NCBI GenBank assembly: GCA_000934665.2
Contig: JYFJ02004006.1
Span: 1-35,583 of the forward strand
Length of the DNA stretch: 35,583 nucleotides
Source: Catajapyx aquilonaris
Lineage: Eukaryota
Direction: 5' to 3'
The translations under genes and the position numbers were made by a program. A model generated the notes under the pieces. That model was not told the origin of the DNA, did no database searches, and worked only from the letters and a program-made list of their open reading frames with translations. Below, in pieces: positions 12,001 through 23,135 of this stretch. Each line of letters starts with the position of its first letter. Within the stretch, counting starts at the first letter, position 1.

Positions 12001-12605
12001 TAGTTACTTGTAAATTTGAGCTGGCACATAATGATTGAAAATACAATACAATTCAATTGCAATTCAATGCAAAGCTCTACATCAGATTTTTTTTTTAAAG
12101 TCGATACAACCGGACCTTACTGTGCAAGTAATCCTGCTCCTCTTGATCATGGATGCTGATGAGGTGTGAATCTGAATGCAAATTTTTGCACGCATCCAAC
12201 GCTTCAGGCCACGTAACCTTATAACTAGGAGTGAGGTAGCAAAAATTGTTGAAAAGTTTCCATCCAGATGGGCAAGACTGACCTTCAACTGACACAGCTG
12301 AAATATTATTAGAAAAATTATGTAAGAAAGTGACGGCATTCACTAATGCGATTAATATTAGTTGATTAGACTCGTAATGAGAGTTGATTAATTAAGCTTA
12401 TATAAATTATTAATATTATATGCCAATCACATAGTAGGTGTTTCTTGGCTTCAATGAACTTCAGCAGCTTTTTTTACAGTATGTAATTACATTAATTACC
12501 TTCATTGCTATTGAATCATGAACATTACGCGGCTGTCACTTATTATTAAAACAACAACTCACCTGATACAAAAATTAAAATTTGAACGAATGTTGCTCCC
12601 ATCAT
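9055..12605 (-). CDS. Gene A: secreted 2xCTLD - Wonton/Sushi-like - serine protease (ModSP/HP14-like catalytic part)
   Basis: Exon 1 MMGATFVQILIFVS (12605-12563). CTLD1 about 12297-11743 (EPN), CTLD2 about 11672-11113 (QPV), 6-Cys domain about 10810-10600. Activation site KTISF|VSNG; triad TAAHC / EPDIAL / KTVCPGDSGGG; stop 9055; minus-strand AATAAA at about 9021-9026. Confidence 0.9.
9531..9882. mobile_element. Foldback MITE (about 350 bp, long TIRs), copy 1, in a gene A intron
   Basis: (T)AGGGAGCATATACTATACATAAGAGGCGCAAACATTCGATTTC... is mirrored at the right end (...ATGCTCCCTG); arms about 150 bp around a short unique core. Flanked by direct repeat GTGAGAC (9524-9530 / 9883-9889), or GGTGAGACT on a 9-bp reading. 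Confidence 0.92.
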
Positions 12606-13092
12606 TGTTCACTCTTTAGTGTTTATTACACGTGGCACTTCACTTGTAATTTCCACTTGGTTTTAACCCCTTTTTTTCTTATCCGGTCAAAGTGAACCCG
12701 AGGAAGGTCAGTTGTATTGTCTGCAAGCACTTATGAAGCACTATAGAAGAAGGTATAAAGTGCTGTGGTGTACTGCTCGCAAGCATTTCCTCTATACCCT
12801 GAGGTGGTTCAGCTTTCTGGAGGTATGCATAAATCATTGGGGGGGGTGTGTGTTTTTCCCTGCAAGAAGGATGTAGACGTCCTATGAAGGTCGTTAGGTC
12901 ACTTGGAAATTTTTCGAAAAGGTCAGGTTTGTTTGGATGGTACGTAATAGACCCTGGAAGCGTTGTGTATACATTTTTGTGTAAAAAGTTCTGTAACAGA
13001 AATGACAATATTTTTTTCTGAGTGGCTGATATGTCATCAATTATTACAATATTTTTATTCTTCGTTTTTTTGTGTGGTTTACATAATTTTTA

Positions 13093-16000
13093 TTACGGAA
13101 TATGTTCAGCAATCATTTCGCTGAACCGTGTGGCACGTGTGAAGAAGATGTAATCTGTTGGATTGCATTCTGTAGACACTCCCGAGCTGACTATTCCTTG
13201 TAGCACGTAACGCAACTGTCCGCCAACACTGACTGGAAAGACCATTCCTCCTCCGCTGTCTCCCGGACACACAGTCTCACCTGGAGTAACAGAAGAAAAA
13301 CAAAGGATGTCACACACAAAATGTTACACAAAATATGCTCACCTCTTAGTCGTCCAGCACAATACACAGTTTCTCTTATACGAAACACTGCGTTGCTGTC
13401 CTGGAAATGTTTTATGCACCTTTCCTGACTTGCCACTGGCATTTCGATCATCTGAAGTGCTACAGACACACGATGGTTTTCGTCCAGTCCCCATCCAAGT
13501 ACCTGCATTGTTTTTTTAAAAAATTAACAGTACATATATTTGCGGGCAATATTTATGTGTGATGGGTGTGTGTTACCGTTCCTTTGGCTCCATCAATTGT
13601 GGTGAAATCTATCGTGTCTCCTAGTGCTCCAGGTACACATGCTGGACGGACATATGATGTGATAGTCACAGGTTCTGCCATGACTATAACTGCAATGTCT
13701 GGGTCTAATATTACCCAGTTGTAATGAGGTGATATTGAAATCAGTTCTGGCTGGAAAGATATTAATTATTACATACAATGTTAGAGTGTAAATTCGACGA
13801 ACAGTGATTCTGAGAATATTCGTTTTTTCCAGAATTTCAGCGAATTTTTCGCATATAGGTTGTCGTTTTTTTTAATAAAAGTAACTGCTTCAGGTTTAAT
13901 GCTTTCGCCAAACTTGTTTATCGCCGTGGGTTTGCAGAATATTTAATTTAGGAGCTGCTTACCACTCCATACTGCACATTAGGATCGTCCTCTTCGTAAG
14001 GGCTGAACAATTTACCGAAAGCTAATCTGACATCAGAAGGATTGTGTAATGTAGCTCCTCGATTTCTGACTGTCACGCAATGTGCAACTAAAATAATAAG
14101 AAACATTATTTGGCTAATTTTTCATCAATTCGGGGGGGCAATGATTTTCAAAGTGAACTTACCAGTGACTACCACTTTATCTGAAACAAGTGTCCCACCA
14201 CAGTGATATTCCCATTTCCCTCTGTGTCGTATGTATATTCCAACATGCCATGGCCACTCTCCCCTTCGAGGCGTGTTGCCTCTCAGAATCAGCGAAATTG
14301 TTCGCGAATTGTTTCTGAGTCCGCAAGCTGTAAAATGTGTATAAAAAAAATCGTGTGACTTGATTTTTCGAAAAATTTCTGTGACAATCGAGAATAGAAT
14401 CGCCTGGCAGTTAACTCACTAGGTTTGCAGGTGAATGTACCATCATCAGACCAATCTCCGTTCCTTCCACAGACAGCAATCTTTCCTGTACCCTCATAGA
14501 AATCTGAGCATCTGTAAGATGCTGTGCTCCCATATTCAACGGGATGCTGGCACGTTGTACGGTTGCCTTTCACGTTGCATTGTACTGTAACACCCTGGGG
14601 TAACGATTCTTGCGGTATGGCCGGACAGTACGTGACATCCTGCGAAGTGGTCGGAAGTTTTTCGTACGTTACTTCAGGACGAGATGTGACATGTTGCGTA
14701 GGTTTCAATGGCGATCTGGATTCTCCTGTCTCAACGGTTTCACACATTGTACTTTCTTTCGGTGCTGCTGTGTACTTCTATACTCACCTAACAATTGGTA
14801 CTTGCACAGAAAGGGCTGCAAATCCTGACAATCTGTCGCCTTCCATTCTAATCCAACCAACTTGTAAATCCAAAGTTCGGCGCATTGTTTACTGACACTA
14901 CCGTCTGAACTGATCTTGTTGTAATCCAACGCACTTCCGTCACTCCAACCCCACTGATAAGGTGTCTTTGAATGAAGTCCGATCCATTGACGAACATACA
15001 TTCGATCTGAAACATTCAACTGTCAGAAAAAAAAAAATCAAACGGAAAGAGAGAATAAGCCGATTAGGTATACCTAATCGGCTTATTCTCTCTTTCCGTT
15101 TGTCAGTCCCGTTTCTACTTATAGTTATGGTATCTCTCGCAGGGAATGGCATGAATATTATTATTCTTGCAGGGAATAGTACTGCGCATTTTGCATTTCT
15201 TTGCACATGTGTCTCACCTACAAAAAACCTGAACTGGTCATCGCTGTGAATACTAGCCAGGTCAGAACCTTCGTGTATCTTGACGCATTCACGTCTTGCT
15301 TCGTTCCAAGTGCGTAACTCGTTTGGCAGGATGTAACACCATCCGTTGTAATGCTCCCACCTTGGAGGACAAGCAACTGATGGACATTATGAGGATGAGG
15401 AGTGTCCACTATGGGAAGTTGTTGGCCTCACCTGATCGCAATTGGCATACGTAATGCTTCTGATTGCTGCAATCCTCACTCAGCATGTAGCCTTGGCTTC
15501 CTTCAATTCCTGAGTATTCCAGGTATATGCTGGAGCACCTCTTGGTGTAAGGTGTGTTCGGTTCGCCTCCTTTCCATCTGGTGAAATCCACAGAACTTTG
15601 GTCGCTCCATACCCAGCTTCCAATACTTGAGATTGAATTTAGTCCTGTCCATATGTACGATCGCATAGAGCCTGGAAAAATATTTTTTTGAAGCCAATCC
15701 TTGACAACTAATAAACTTGTTGGAAGCTAACTTACGTGCAAAAAAGACATGTTCCTCTTCACTGTGTATGCTGGCCAGATCAGCACGAGGATCAAGTCTT
15801 TTGCATGTCTTTCTCGCCGATTCCCAATTTTGGCGATAGCTGGAACTGAAGTAACAACTCTTTCCAAAAGTGTCCCATCCTTTAGGGCATGACTCCTCTG
15901 AATTTAGACCTGCAAAAAAATAATAATTTGCGGTTGGTTTCTCCCAAATTATTGCACAATTTGCACAAAAGTGTTGTGCCATGTGAATGTCCTTCAGAGG

Positions 16001-16868
16001 CCAACAATATTCTTACTATACAACATTCTTTTTTTCCACGCCATTTCCTAGAAGGACTCCGAAAGCCATTTTTTCGAACCAGAAAGTTCTAGGAATGGAA
16101 TACCAACCTAACAATTAGGGGGGGGGGGGGGGGGGGGNAATTATTAAAGGAAATAATATCTGTATACACTGCATCGCAATAATTGATTTGTCTTTTAACT
16201 TATTTATTTATTTATTTACTAGCAGCGGAGCCCGTTCTTCGCACAACCTGTTGCCATGGTAACCACAGTTGCCACGGCAACCAAACTTGGACAAACAAAC
16301 AGACAAACTTATAATTTTTCTTAACCGTAATATAATATTTATTTGCATATTTTTAAAAATACATTACATTGATATAGATTCAAGTTTTTTTCATGACTAT
16401 AGTGACCCTGATTGGTGAGGTCGTATAAAAACACTTTTTTTATTGCAATGCCGTAGGGTCCAAAAACCCTGACCTTGAGACTTGCCCTGCCTCAATAAGA
16501 GTGTGTTAATGACGTGCGTGTTACGGCATACATTTCAAGTAGTAAAAATATTATACACGTTTAAATAATATCTCACGTGCAAACACGCAGAATTTCGCTA
16601 AAATTATCTCGCAGTATTTTTTTGTGTGTGTTCGAGTGCAAATATAGATGTGGCATGTTTGTCATGCACCAATTTTTAGAAGGCGTAATTAGGAGTTGTT
16701 TTTTTTTTGTAATAATATAAAACTGGCCGTAAAATCGCAATTCCTGTAGTAGCCTATAATATGTTAAGTGAAAAGGATTAATAATGACACTTATTGTAAC
16801 AAAAAATAATCCATACCTGATATCCAAGATGATGCGAGAAGAACTGTTGAGATGAGCTGTAGGTTCAT
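13093..16868 (-). CDS. Gene B: secreted 2xCTLD - Wonton/Sushi-like - serine protease (mosaic of C-type head and A-type tail)
   Basis: Exon 1 MNLQLISTVLLASSWIS (16868-16817). CTLD1 about 15909-15432 (EPN), CTLD2 about 15376-14788, linker plus 6-Cys domain about 14726-14421. Activation RTISL|ILRG; triad TVAHC / DPDIAV / ETVCPGDSGGG; stop 13093. Confidence 0.88.
15039..15102. repeat. Perfect 64-bp palindrome with no spacer, in a gene B intron
   Basis: CAAACGGAAAGAGAGAATAAGCCGATTAGGTA|TACCTAATCGGCTTATTCTCTCTTTCCGTTTG, centre between 15070 and 15071. Confidence 0.95.
16118..16138. other. Poly-G run ending in an ambiguous base (possible contig join or low-quality point)
   Basis: About 20 G followed by 'n' in gene B intron 1. 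Confidence 0.8.
16219..16310 (-). mobile_element. Short Helitron-like remnant carrying two RFX X-box-like palindromes, in gene B intron 1
   Basis: Minus-strand end GCGAAGAACGGGCTCCGCTGCTAG|T next to (TTTA)n, with an ACAA/ACAG microsatellite at 16290-16308. GTTGCCATGGTAAC at 16250-16263 and GTTGCCACGGCAAC at 16268-16281. Confidence 0.45.
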
Positions 16869-17030
16869 GTCCAGTCACGACTACATCTGTTAACCAAACC
16901 TTTTTTTTTTCCTCACAATTTCAATTGCGATCAAGACAACCTTTAGACGATCTCCGTGCGTAAACCGCAAATGGGGAGGGTATTACTTTAGTAGCCGCCA
17001 GGGAAATGAGCAGGTGAAGTGGTGTATAAG

Positions 17031-17122
17031 AAAACAGGTTTATCACAGAGCAACCTTTAAACTACTATACGTTTGGTGCAAGGAGATCTGGATTTTCCTT
17101 TGTAAAAATGTAGCGCATGCGC
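17031..17122 (-). promoter_or_regulatory. Putative promoter block of gene B, shared with gene C (22017-22090)
   Basis: AAAACAGGTTTA ... CAAC.TT ... ATCYGGATTT ... TAGCGCATGCG in the same order before both ATGs; kappaB-like GGATTTTCC at 17090-17098. Confidence 0.45.
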
Positions 17123-17798
17123 CTTTTTGCGATCATACAATGTGGTGCCATCTGTAAGTTGACAGCTCCAATAGCCGGATAAAATTTGAGCAACAATTTA
17201 CTAATTAACAATCAGTATAATGATTAAAATGTCATAATTTGAAAGGGAGACACCAGTCGGGCATACTGGTAGTGCTCATGCATGCACATCGGGATCTACC
17301 AGTCAGAATGCGCATGCGCTATTTGAGAGAGAGCGCATGCGCATAGGAAATGCCATCTGTGTTAAAATTGCGAGTTGTCTCAAATTATTTGTAATAAATT
17401 TCGAAAAAGTTGATTAAGCTTCATTATTTCTCCCCCCGAATATTCTGCAAAATGACTAGTACTTAGCACTGGATGGCAGCACTTTTTTTTTCTATCTGCT
17501 GGTCATAGCAACATTTTTAAAGGCCAGGGACACCTACTTTTTGTGACCTTGCAATTCAAGTTCCCACAGGGTCGAATGGTAAATGATCTCTTCTCTATAT
17601 TAAATGTGATAGTGTGTACTTGGCTTCTGCTTGGCTTACATATAAGAATAAATCATTGGCGCGGATTCCTCTTGGACACTGTTTTTCCCTTCTTCTTCTG
17701 GAGCTGTGGACTTTGTGGTTTTAATTCAATACAATAAATACCTGATTATTTTTATTTTGTCCAAACAAGCACAGTATAAAGAGGGATAATTATATCAC

Positions 17799-20700
17799 TT
17801 AAATGTCACTGAGCTTTCTCACTATCCAGTGTGAAAACACGCTGACACGTGTGAAGAAAGTGAACTTTGTAGGGTCGCAAGCTTCGTGACGTGTCGAAAT
17901 ACCAAAGCTGGTAATTCCGTACAGGAAATATCGTTTGCTGCTTCCGGAACCGACCGGAAACATCATTCCGCCTCCGGAGTCGCCTCTGCACGAGTTGATT
18001 CGCGTACCTTCAAAGAAACATCAGCATATTAATAATAAGCTCATCGGAAATAATATTTTTGCAGTACTTCGAATAATAGTTAGTGTGTCTTTCTTTTTTT
18101 TACCGTTTTGAAATCCGACGCAGTAGTTTGATTCTCTGACGTAACTCTTCTCAGTACCTTCCAAAGAACTGCGACACTCTTGATGATGAACGTAAGGAAG
18201 TTCAGCAATTTGAAGCTCGGTGGCTAATTCACCACGGTCTGTTGTGCCCCATCCAACCAGCTGCAATTACTCTTCATGTACTACACAAAGCAGATGGAGA
18301 GAAAAAAAATATTATGTGTACTGACCACTCCTAATGACCCAGGCTTCAACGCCTGGTCCTCTTCGCTGGTTCCTCTTCCCAAAGGAAAACAAGCTGGACG
18401 AACCAGAGGGTTGATCTGCGCAGGTGTTTTCAGGATAACTATTGCAATGTCAGAGTCGAAACTTGAGGGATTGTAGTATTCGTACACCAAGATTCGATCA
18501 ACCTGAAATTGGTGTCGTACAGGTGGCGCCACAAGCCGATGGCGGAAAAAGAGCGAAACAATTCGCTAATTGGCCGCCAACGGATCATGTCGCCACCAGC
18601 ATTGTACAGTATACGTACGGTACCTCAATAAGTTGGGCTGATGATTCCTGAGCGTCGTACTGTCTGTAATATTTCCCCAGACCAACCATCATGTTCTTAG
18701 GTGCCATTGTCTCCACACTTCGACCTAACACGACGCAATGAGCAGCTGAAACAGTTCGCGTACCATCATGAGCATGAGCAATATTTTTAATTAGTTGCCA
18801 ATACTTGCCTGTAAGTACTGCTCTTTCGGACACCAGTGTACCTCCGCAATGGTAGTCCCATTGTCCTTTTATTTGCACATAGATTCCTGCGTGCCATGGC
18901 CATTCGCCTCTTCTGGCATCGCTGCCTCCAAGAATCAGAGAGATGGTCGGAGGCGTCGTTTTAACACCGCACACTGTCAATTACATCATTGTAAATCATA
19001 TCTACAATAGCCAACTTTATACCTATACTAGTACTACGTATAGAAAGCGAAGCAGTGCGCAGGCCAACGAACGTTATTGTGGCTTTGCCCACCACGACGA
19101 ATATGTCGCGGGGCGAATACGCCGGGGGCGAAATTGTCACGGGGGCCAATATGCCGGGGGCGAAAAGTCCGAGACCCGTTTCACTAACCGCAGGCATAGA
19201 AAAATGTGAGCGAAGCGATAGTTTTCTACTAGTATACCTACTAAGATTGCAGGAGAGGGCACCGTCAATTAGAGACCATTCGCCATTTCCGTCGCAAGTC
19301 ACTGTCTCTCCGCTGCCTTCGTAAAATCGGTCGCATTTGTATATGGCCGTAGTTCCTTGTGACAATGGTTGTTGGCATGATGTTGGTCTGCCTCTGAAGT
19401 AACACTCGACTGCGATACCAGGCGGCAAGGACGGTACGGCAGGACATGTCGCCGTACTTGGAGGTGGTGTTTGGTATGGCGTAAAAGGTGCGTTGGTTAC
19501 AGGCCGTTGTGTTGTAATATCTAGAGGCTTCAGCGGCGATCCTGTTTCTCCTGATTAAAAAAAAAAAAAATCGCATCAAATTTTAGCACCGGATTGATGT
19601 TTACGCCCTCACGACTTCAGCCTCGGTCGCACGACCAGACGCTTTACGACCGGCTGTCGCACGGCCAGATGCTTTGCGACAGACAAGTCGTGAGTATCTA
19701 AACAGGCCTTTATCCGGATTAAAAATAACCCACTGCCACATTAGGTCACCCGTTACTAAAGTCCTTCCCGAGAAACTTACCAGACATCCGATATTTGCAC
19801 AGGAAATGTCGCAACTCCTGACAATTCGCCGATTTCCAGTTCAGACCTGCCAGCTTGTAACTCCATAGTTCGGCGCATTGTTTGCCCCCACCTTCCGCAA
19901 CATTCGGCATGACTCTGTTGTAACCCACGGGGCTTCCATCGCTCCACTCCCATTGTTGACCATTCTTCGACTTCAATCCGATCCACTGTCGGACATACAT
20001 TCGCTCTGAAACGCGTTGAGAATGATTTTACTGTCGAGTTATTTTTAAATCGGTTTGTCCGCGGTTAGTCATCAGTTTTCCCATATATGTCAAACATATG
20101 GTACTACGTCCATAGGGGGGCAGTGTTGCCAAGTTTTCTTGTGTACCATAATGAGCAATTTAATTAGAAAAATAATAGAAATGTATGAGTGGGAGAGGGT
20201 CTGTGTCTGTCCACGGTGAGTCATCAGTTTCGCCATCTATGTGAGGCACATGGTACTACGTCCACTGGCGAGGGGGGGGCAGTGTTGCCAAGTTTTCTCG
20301 TGTACCATAATGAGCAATTTATCCAGTAATAGAAAAATAATAGACATTTATGAGGGAGAGGGTGTGTGTCTCTGTCCGCGGTGAGTCATCAGTTTCGCCA
20401 TCTGTGTGAGGCATATGGTACTACAGTCAGTGGGACCAGTGTTGTCATATTTCTTCGTGTATATAATAATGAACAATTAATAGTACAAAATTTGGTTTAA
20501 TGTCGAAACCTTACCGACGAAAAAGCTGAGCTGTTCATCGCTGTGTATGCTGGCCAGCTGAGCACCTTCGTGTATCGTGGCACATTCCGTTTTCGCCTCG
20601 TCCCAGGTGCGCAACTCGTTTGGCAGGATGTAACACACTCCGTTGTAATGCTCCCATCTTGGAGGACAAAACACTGTCAGACAGTATTGTGCGCGTTAAA

Positions 20701-21885
20701 TAGTTATAATAATGAGAACCTTCTGAACGTGCAACATTTACCTGATCGCAATTGGCATATGTAATGCAAGTGTTTGCCGCATTCCTCGCTGATCATGTAG
20801 CCTTCGCTGCCTCTGATCCCTGCGTATTCCAGGTAAAGAGTCGAGCATCTCTTGGTGTGAGGTGTGTTCGGCTCACCACCTTTCCATCTGGTGAAATCTA
20901 CTGAACTCTGATCACTCCATTCCCAGCTGCCTGAACTTGACAAAGAATTCAGTCCTGTCCACAGATAAGAACGCATGGATCCTAAAGAAAGGAAAAAAGA
21001 ATATGGGTCCCCTTCACTAAGTTTTGCCTTAGTGCACCGCTTTAGCAGGATCGCACTAAGTCCGCACTAGGCCCGAACTAGGCCTAAAGCGCGACTCTGC
21101 ATGCGACTTTTCTTAGTGAACTGGGTCACGTGGTTTAAAGCACTGCACTAAACTCTTGTTGTTTACTCTGAATACGGCCCTATATGATATGTCCTCCTAG
21201 TCAAATAAGAACCAAGGGAAAAAAAAATCCAAAATTTATGACCAATTTTCTAAGAATGTCTTACTGGCAAAGACGATATGCTGTTGTTCACCGTGGAGGC
21301 TGGCGAGGTCAGCTCTGGGGTCAAGTCTCTTGCATGTCTGACGAGCAGATTCCCAGTTCAATCTGTAACTGGAACTGAAGAAGCAGTTCCTTTCCAGAGT
21401 GTCCCATCCTTTTGGACAACGCTCCACTGAATTGACATCTGAAATGTGGGTGACAAAGCATACCGTAAACATATTGCAAATTTTCATATACGCCTTTAGG
21501 GCCAATTGTACAAAACAATATGTAGTACCATACATATAATAAAATATTCTGCGATTTACATTGAGACAGAGCGGCTACGACAAGCTTGAATAATTGAAAT
21601 GCAAGTCTCATAGACATCCTTTTTCGTAGATTATTTGGTCACGATTAGCCAATTAGTAGACAAAAAATAGTAGCTACGACGATGCGTTATGACCTTGACA
21701 ATAAACACGAGGTCATAAAATGTTAAGCTCAGTAGAAAAAATTGATATGTGAAGTTCAGTCATATTCGACAATTTTTCAAAGCAATCACGTTGGCAATGA
21801 AGCAGCTATTACTTGACTTATAAAAAATGGAATTACCTGATAATAATCCAGAGGCCACAATTGCAATTAACATCTGCAGGTCCAT
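17799..21885 (-). CDS. Gene C: secreted 2xCTLD - Wonton/Sushi-like - serine protease
   Basis: Exon 1 MDLQMLIAIVASGLLS (21885-21837). CTLD1 about 21438-20741 (EPN), CTLD2 about 20673-19781, linker plus 6-Cys domain about 19551-19240. Activation PTISL|ILGG; triad TAAHC / DSDIAI / INSCRGDSGGG; last exon ends ...WIVRKLSDI* (stop 17799-17801, a frame not listed in the ORF track). Confidence 0.9.
18511..18560. mobile_element. Truncated copy of the GGTGTCGTAC MITE in a gene C intron
   Basis: GGTGTCGTACAGGTGGCGCCACAAGC...AAAAGAGC matches 22404-22447; lies a few bases from a splice acceptor. Confidence 0.6.
19098..19178. repeat. Five degenerate 15-17 bp GC-rich tandem units (likely a DNA-transposon subterminal repeat)
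   Basis: CGAATATGTCGCGGGG / CGAATACGCCGGGGG / CGAAATTGTCACGGGGG / CCAATATGCCGGGGG / CGAAAAGTCCGAGACCC, inside the intron between the Wonton-like and protease exons of gene C. Confidence 0.6.
19589..19717. repeat. Small degenerate inverted-repeat element with an internal direct repeat, in a gene C intron
   Basis: GTTTA...CTCACGACTT versus AAGTCGTGAG...TAAAC; inner GTCGCACGRCCAGAYGCTTTRCGAC occurs twice. Confidence 0.45.
20056..20478. repeat. Tandem repeat, about 2.7 copies of a 152-165 bp unit, in a gene C intron
   Basis: Units start TGTCCRCGGTKAGTCATCAGTTT at 20056, 20208 and 20373; each contains ATGGTACTAC, CAGTGTTGYCA and ATAATGARCAATT. Confidence 0.9.
21005..21180. mobile_element. Degenerate Harbinger-like MITE(s) in a gene C intron
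   Basis: GGGTCCCCTTCACTAAG on the left, CTTAGTGAACTGGGTC internally and TGAATACGGCCC on the right; TAT on both flanks; repeated GCACTA(A/G) motifs. Confidence 0.4.
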
Positions 21886-22403
21886 GGTACTATAATCACA
21901 GTTTGAGGCACAAACACCGCACTACTTTTTCCAAGAACTTATCCAGGCAGTCCATGAGTAAACGACCTACGAAATACTGCCTGTGAGCATCCAAGGTTTA
22001 GTGTGATGCGAAAAGAAAAAACAGGTTTAGGAGGACAACTTTGCATTCAGGTGTACGTCGCGAAAATCCGGATTTGCATAGCGCATGCGTACGTTGATTG
22101 CGATTCTTAGCCCATTCACTGCTTATTAGTTACACATCACGGACATGTTGTCAGCTGAGAAAACTTCGGCGGAATGACACGACCGAGAATTATCCTGAAA
22201 AAAAAAAACATTGTACGTGTACGCCACGGGTAAAAACCCAACAATTTCATTGGAAATCTACTCAGGAAGTTATGCGGTTTTTTTTTGTAGGTCGCAGATT
22301 AGCATATAGGCGTCATCTAATCTCGCCTCAAGCAACTCACAAATTGTATGAGAAACATTAATAAAAATGTGTTGCACGTACAGTACAGTGCTGACTTATA
22401 ATT

Positions 22404-22588
22404 GGTGTCGTACTGGTGGCGCCACAAGCAGTGGCAGCAAAAGAGCAAATATAAATTTGGCCTCCATATGACCTTGTGAATATACCAAAATGATCCAGTG
22501 AAGGTGGTCATACCTGTGGGTCATACGGAGGCAACTTTCTATTCGCTCTTTTGCCGGACGCAGCTGATGGCGCCACAAGTACGACACC
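22404..22588. mobile_element. Small MITE with GGTGTCGTAC TIRs (possibly PIF/Harbinger-like)
   Basis: GGTGTCGTACTGGTGGCGCCA ... TGGCGCCACAAGTACGACACC, plus inner inverted GCAAAAGAGC/GCTCTTTTGC. A related half copy lies at 18511. TSD unclear. Confidence 0.7.
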
Positions 22589-22660
22589 ATGAATATACAA
22601 GAAGGGGGAAAATTGTAAAAATTCTGCTTGTCATAACGAGAAAATATTAGGTCACAGTTA

Positions 22661-22956
22661 CAGTAGGGTCAAGCTAACTTAAGGGTTGTGGGCGTGGCTT
22701 GTGTCCTTTGCAAACAAGCTCCGCCCCTGCTGAGTTTTTGTTTTTTTGTATGGAATTTAGAACTTTTGGTGGGGAGATTGGCTGGGTTACCAATTGTGTT
22801 ATGTACTCATCTAATTTTTGAAGTTTTACAACATAACGCCCATCTCCTTTGAAATCGAACCCTTATTGGTCGACGGGTAGGGGGCGGGGCTAATTTCTGG
22901 TTGCTCAGGACACAAGCCACCTCCCACAAAACCCTGAAGTTAGCTTACCTCTACTG
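22661..22956. mobile_element. MITE with about 75-bp imperfect TIRs, Tc1/mariner-pogo-like
   Basis: Left TA|CAGTAGGGTCAAGCTAACTTAAGGGTTGTGGGCGTGGCTTGTGTCCT matches the reverse complement of the right end (CAGTAGAGGTAAGCTAACTTCAGGGTTTTGTGGGAGGTGGCTTGTGTCCT). CAGT termini; TA on the left, TG on the right. Confidence 0.75.
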
Positions 22957-23135
22957 TGGCTTTAAAAATAACTGCTACTTTTCTAGTGAAGTATGAATGT
23001 ATGTGGTGATAGGAGTATAGGTGAAGTATAGGTGAATATGTAAAACAATTTTTATTCTCAAATTCCGTTGCATATACACACAGTAAATATTACTCATTGC
23101 AAATTTTCATCCCCAAAAATAATTGTCCCGAATTT

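Noticed and set aside
1616..12605. Functional link between the IR pair and the adjacent lectin-protease array
   Set aside because: Adjacency of unrelated tandem families is common in animal genomes; no shared exons or promoter motifs seen.
12679..13008. 109-aa ORF between genes A and B
   Set aside because: Non-ATG start, no homology to neighbours; lies in gene A's upstream region.
20056..20478. CRISPR-like or prokaryotic repeat array
   Set aside because: Long degenerate units without unique spacers, inside a eukaryotic intron; no cas genes.
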